Source: Eledone cirrhosa (lineage: Eukaryota). From it: a stretch of 64,000 bases of DNA. The notes under the pieces are model-generated. The model was not told the DNA's origin, did no database searches, and saw nothing but the letters and a program-made list of their open reading frames with translations. A program made the translations under genes and the position numbers. Below are positions 62,213 to 64,000 of the stretch, in pieces; position 1 is the stretch's first letter, and every line of letters begins with the position of its first letter. Location of the stretch: NCBI GenBank assembly GCA_964016885.1, contig OZ024740.1, positions 274,846,001 through 274,910,000 on the forward strand, read 5' to 3'.

Positions 62213-62439
62213 GGTAGCACTAACATTGAGTGACTCATATTAGCGCATGCAATATCTTTATGTATTATAAACATACATAAGTAATGCTATGGATGTTTTA
62301 TAACATATTGTATATGCTTTCATATAAACATCTATTATGAAACACGCTGTGTTAGTTCTACTGTTAATTGACCCGAGTTAGACAAGCTCGCTTAAATCAC
62401 TCATAGCGACACTTCTGTATCTTTGTCAAACATAAACAT

Positions 62440-62720
62440 ATTATATATATTTCCCTATGCATGCTTAGTCCCATAACTCCCGAGGTAGTCATGCGGCTGC
62501 CATGTTGATATACAGCCTTTCTACGGTATATTTTAAAACCTGGTGGAGCCAATCTCCTCTCCAGGTCTGAATACAGCAGATTTCTCCCAGGGAATGATAG
62601 TAAGTGAGAGGATGGAAGTGAGAAAGAGATATAGAGGAAGAATCGACCCCAGTACTTGAATGGTACTTCTTTTATCGGCTTCGAATGGATGAAAAGCAAA
62701 GTTGACCTTGGTAGAGAGCC
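62440..62720 (-). mobile_element. SINE variant with extended 3' tail
   Basis: Homologous to 29150-29390. Confidence 0.6.
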
Positions 62721-63486
62721 GAAACGAATACCGCAAAGAATTCCGCAAAGATTTTTTAAAGATTCCTGTTTAACTTTCCTGGAGAACTTTCTCGCATTCA
62801 TCGGTGACGGTTTCTATCAACAAATCATTCCAAAACTAACCTTATTTTTCTCTTTGCTGTCATCCCATTTTTATCAAAAGACATGTATCTTACACCTCAT
62901 TAACCCCCCCCCCCCCCCCAAAAAAAAGAAACAGGCGCGCGTTCAAATTATTCTTTAAATATAGAAACTTGTTAAGGTTATTCTTCATAAATTAAGATAG
63001 TTGGTTTAGCTATTAGAAAAGAATTTGAAAAACATCTGGCTATTATATTCAGCAAAGGTCGTTTATTGAAATGGAACCAGCAGGAGAGCACTTTTACAAC
63101 GCTTTTCTAAAACACTTCTTAAACACCCTAACACCTCCCAACTCCACTCCCAATCAATTATCTTGCTCTTACCATTCACTACTTTCTGTATATATATCTA
63201 ATTCCTCTAAGTTTTCATCAACACCTCTTCACTCCATCACTCATTAACCCAACCCCCCACCCCAGACACAACCAAAATCTCTTATATAGTCACACAACCT
63301 GAGATCAGTTTGACAATCGCCTTCGACGAATGCGAGAAAGTTAATCAGGAATCTTGAAAAAATCTCCCCACCGAAGTTAACAAAGGACTTACTAGATCTA
63401 CAAAACCAAATTGTAAAATTATAATATTATAAAATTAAATTAAATTGTTTAGAACTACAAGTGAAGTCATTCTTTTCCTTTTTTTA

Positions 63487-63525
<39 letters not shown>

Positions 63526-63559
63526 CGTGCGTATGTTTGTGTATCTATGTATATATATA

Positions 63560-63654
63560 TAGTATTCCCCAAAATATATACACTTTGATTATTTTTACAG
63601 GCAATATTTATTTGAATGCTGTTGAAGCACGTATACATTTTTTGAGACACCATG
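63560..63654. mobile_element. Degraded ~100-bp MITE
   Basis: Similar to 21901-21999. Confidence 0.6.
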
Positions 63655-63706
<52 letters not shown>

Positions 63707-64000
63707 ATTGAATATGTTAACATTAACTTCATTCGAAATATGAGGGATACTTTTAGAATTTAGTTACAGATTATTTCACTAATGGTGGATTAAGGTTAGT
63801 TAACCCAACAACATCGTCAATGCACCAAGGCGGCATATGGAATATGCAAACGTATTTCTCACCAGTTACTTATAAATATGTTACATAATATCCTCGTTAA
63901 ATATGCAAACACAGGGTTTAAATTCTATAAATATCTCTTAGATTACTCTAAAAAATTAAGTTTTGTATATATGTATATATATATATATATGTGTGTGTGT

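Overview
AT-rich, microsatellite-saturated eukaryotic DNA. The SINE, LINE and microsatellite repertoire suggests an octopus or other coleoid cephalopod (inference). No intact host protein-coding gene is recognisable, and most ORF-track entries are translations of (TA)n, (CA)n, (GA)n or (GGT)n. The window holds remnants of Tx1/L1-clade LINEs, R4/Dong-type RLE LINEs stacked in (TAA)n, CR1 and RTE LINEs, Penelope-like GIY-YIG elements, a Helitron, mariner and hAT derivatives, MITEs and many tRNA-derived SINEs. The strongest hidden signal is RNA-level: at least four unrelated families of type-I hammerhead ribozyme motifs in short, mostly (TA)n-flanked elements. These include a non-coding 593-nt unit with 122-bp terminal direct repeats (retrozyme-like, 61452-62166) and three fold-back palindromes with a hammerhead motif on each strand. 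Also notable are a 2-kb orphan insert inside a CR1 carrying a stand-alone SPOP-like 3-box/BACK ORF, and a chain of RTE-derived non-autonomous elements separated by (CATA)n. All folds and homologies were judged by eye, and element boundaries are approximate.
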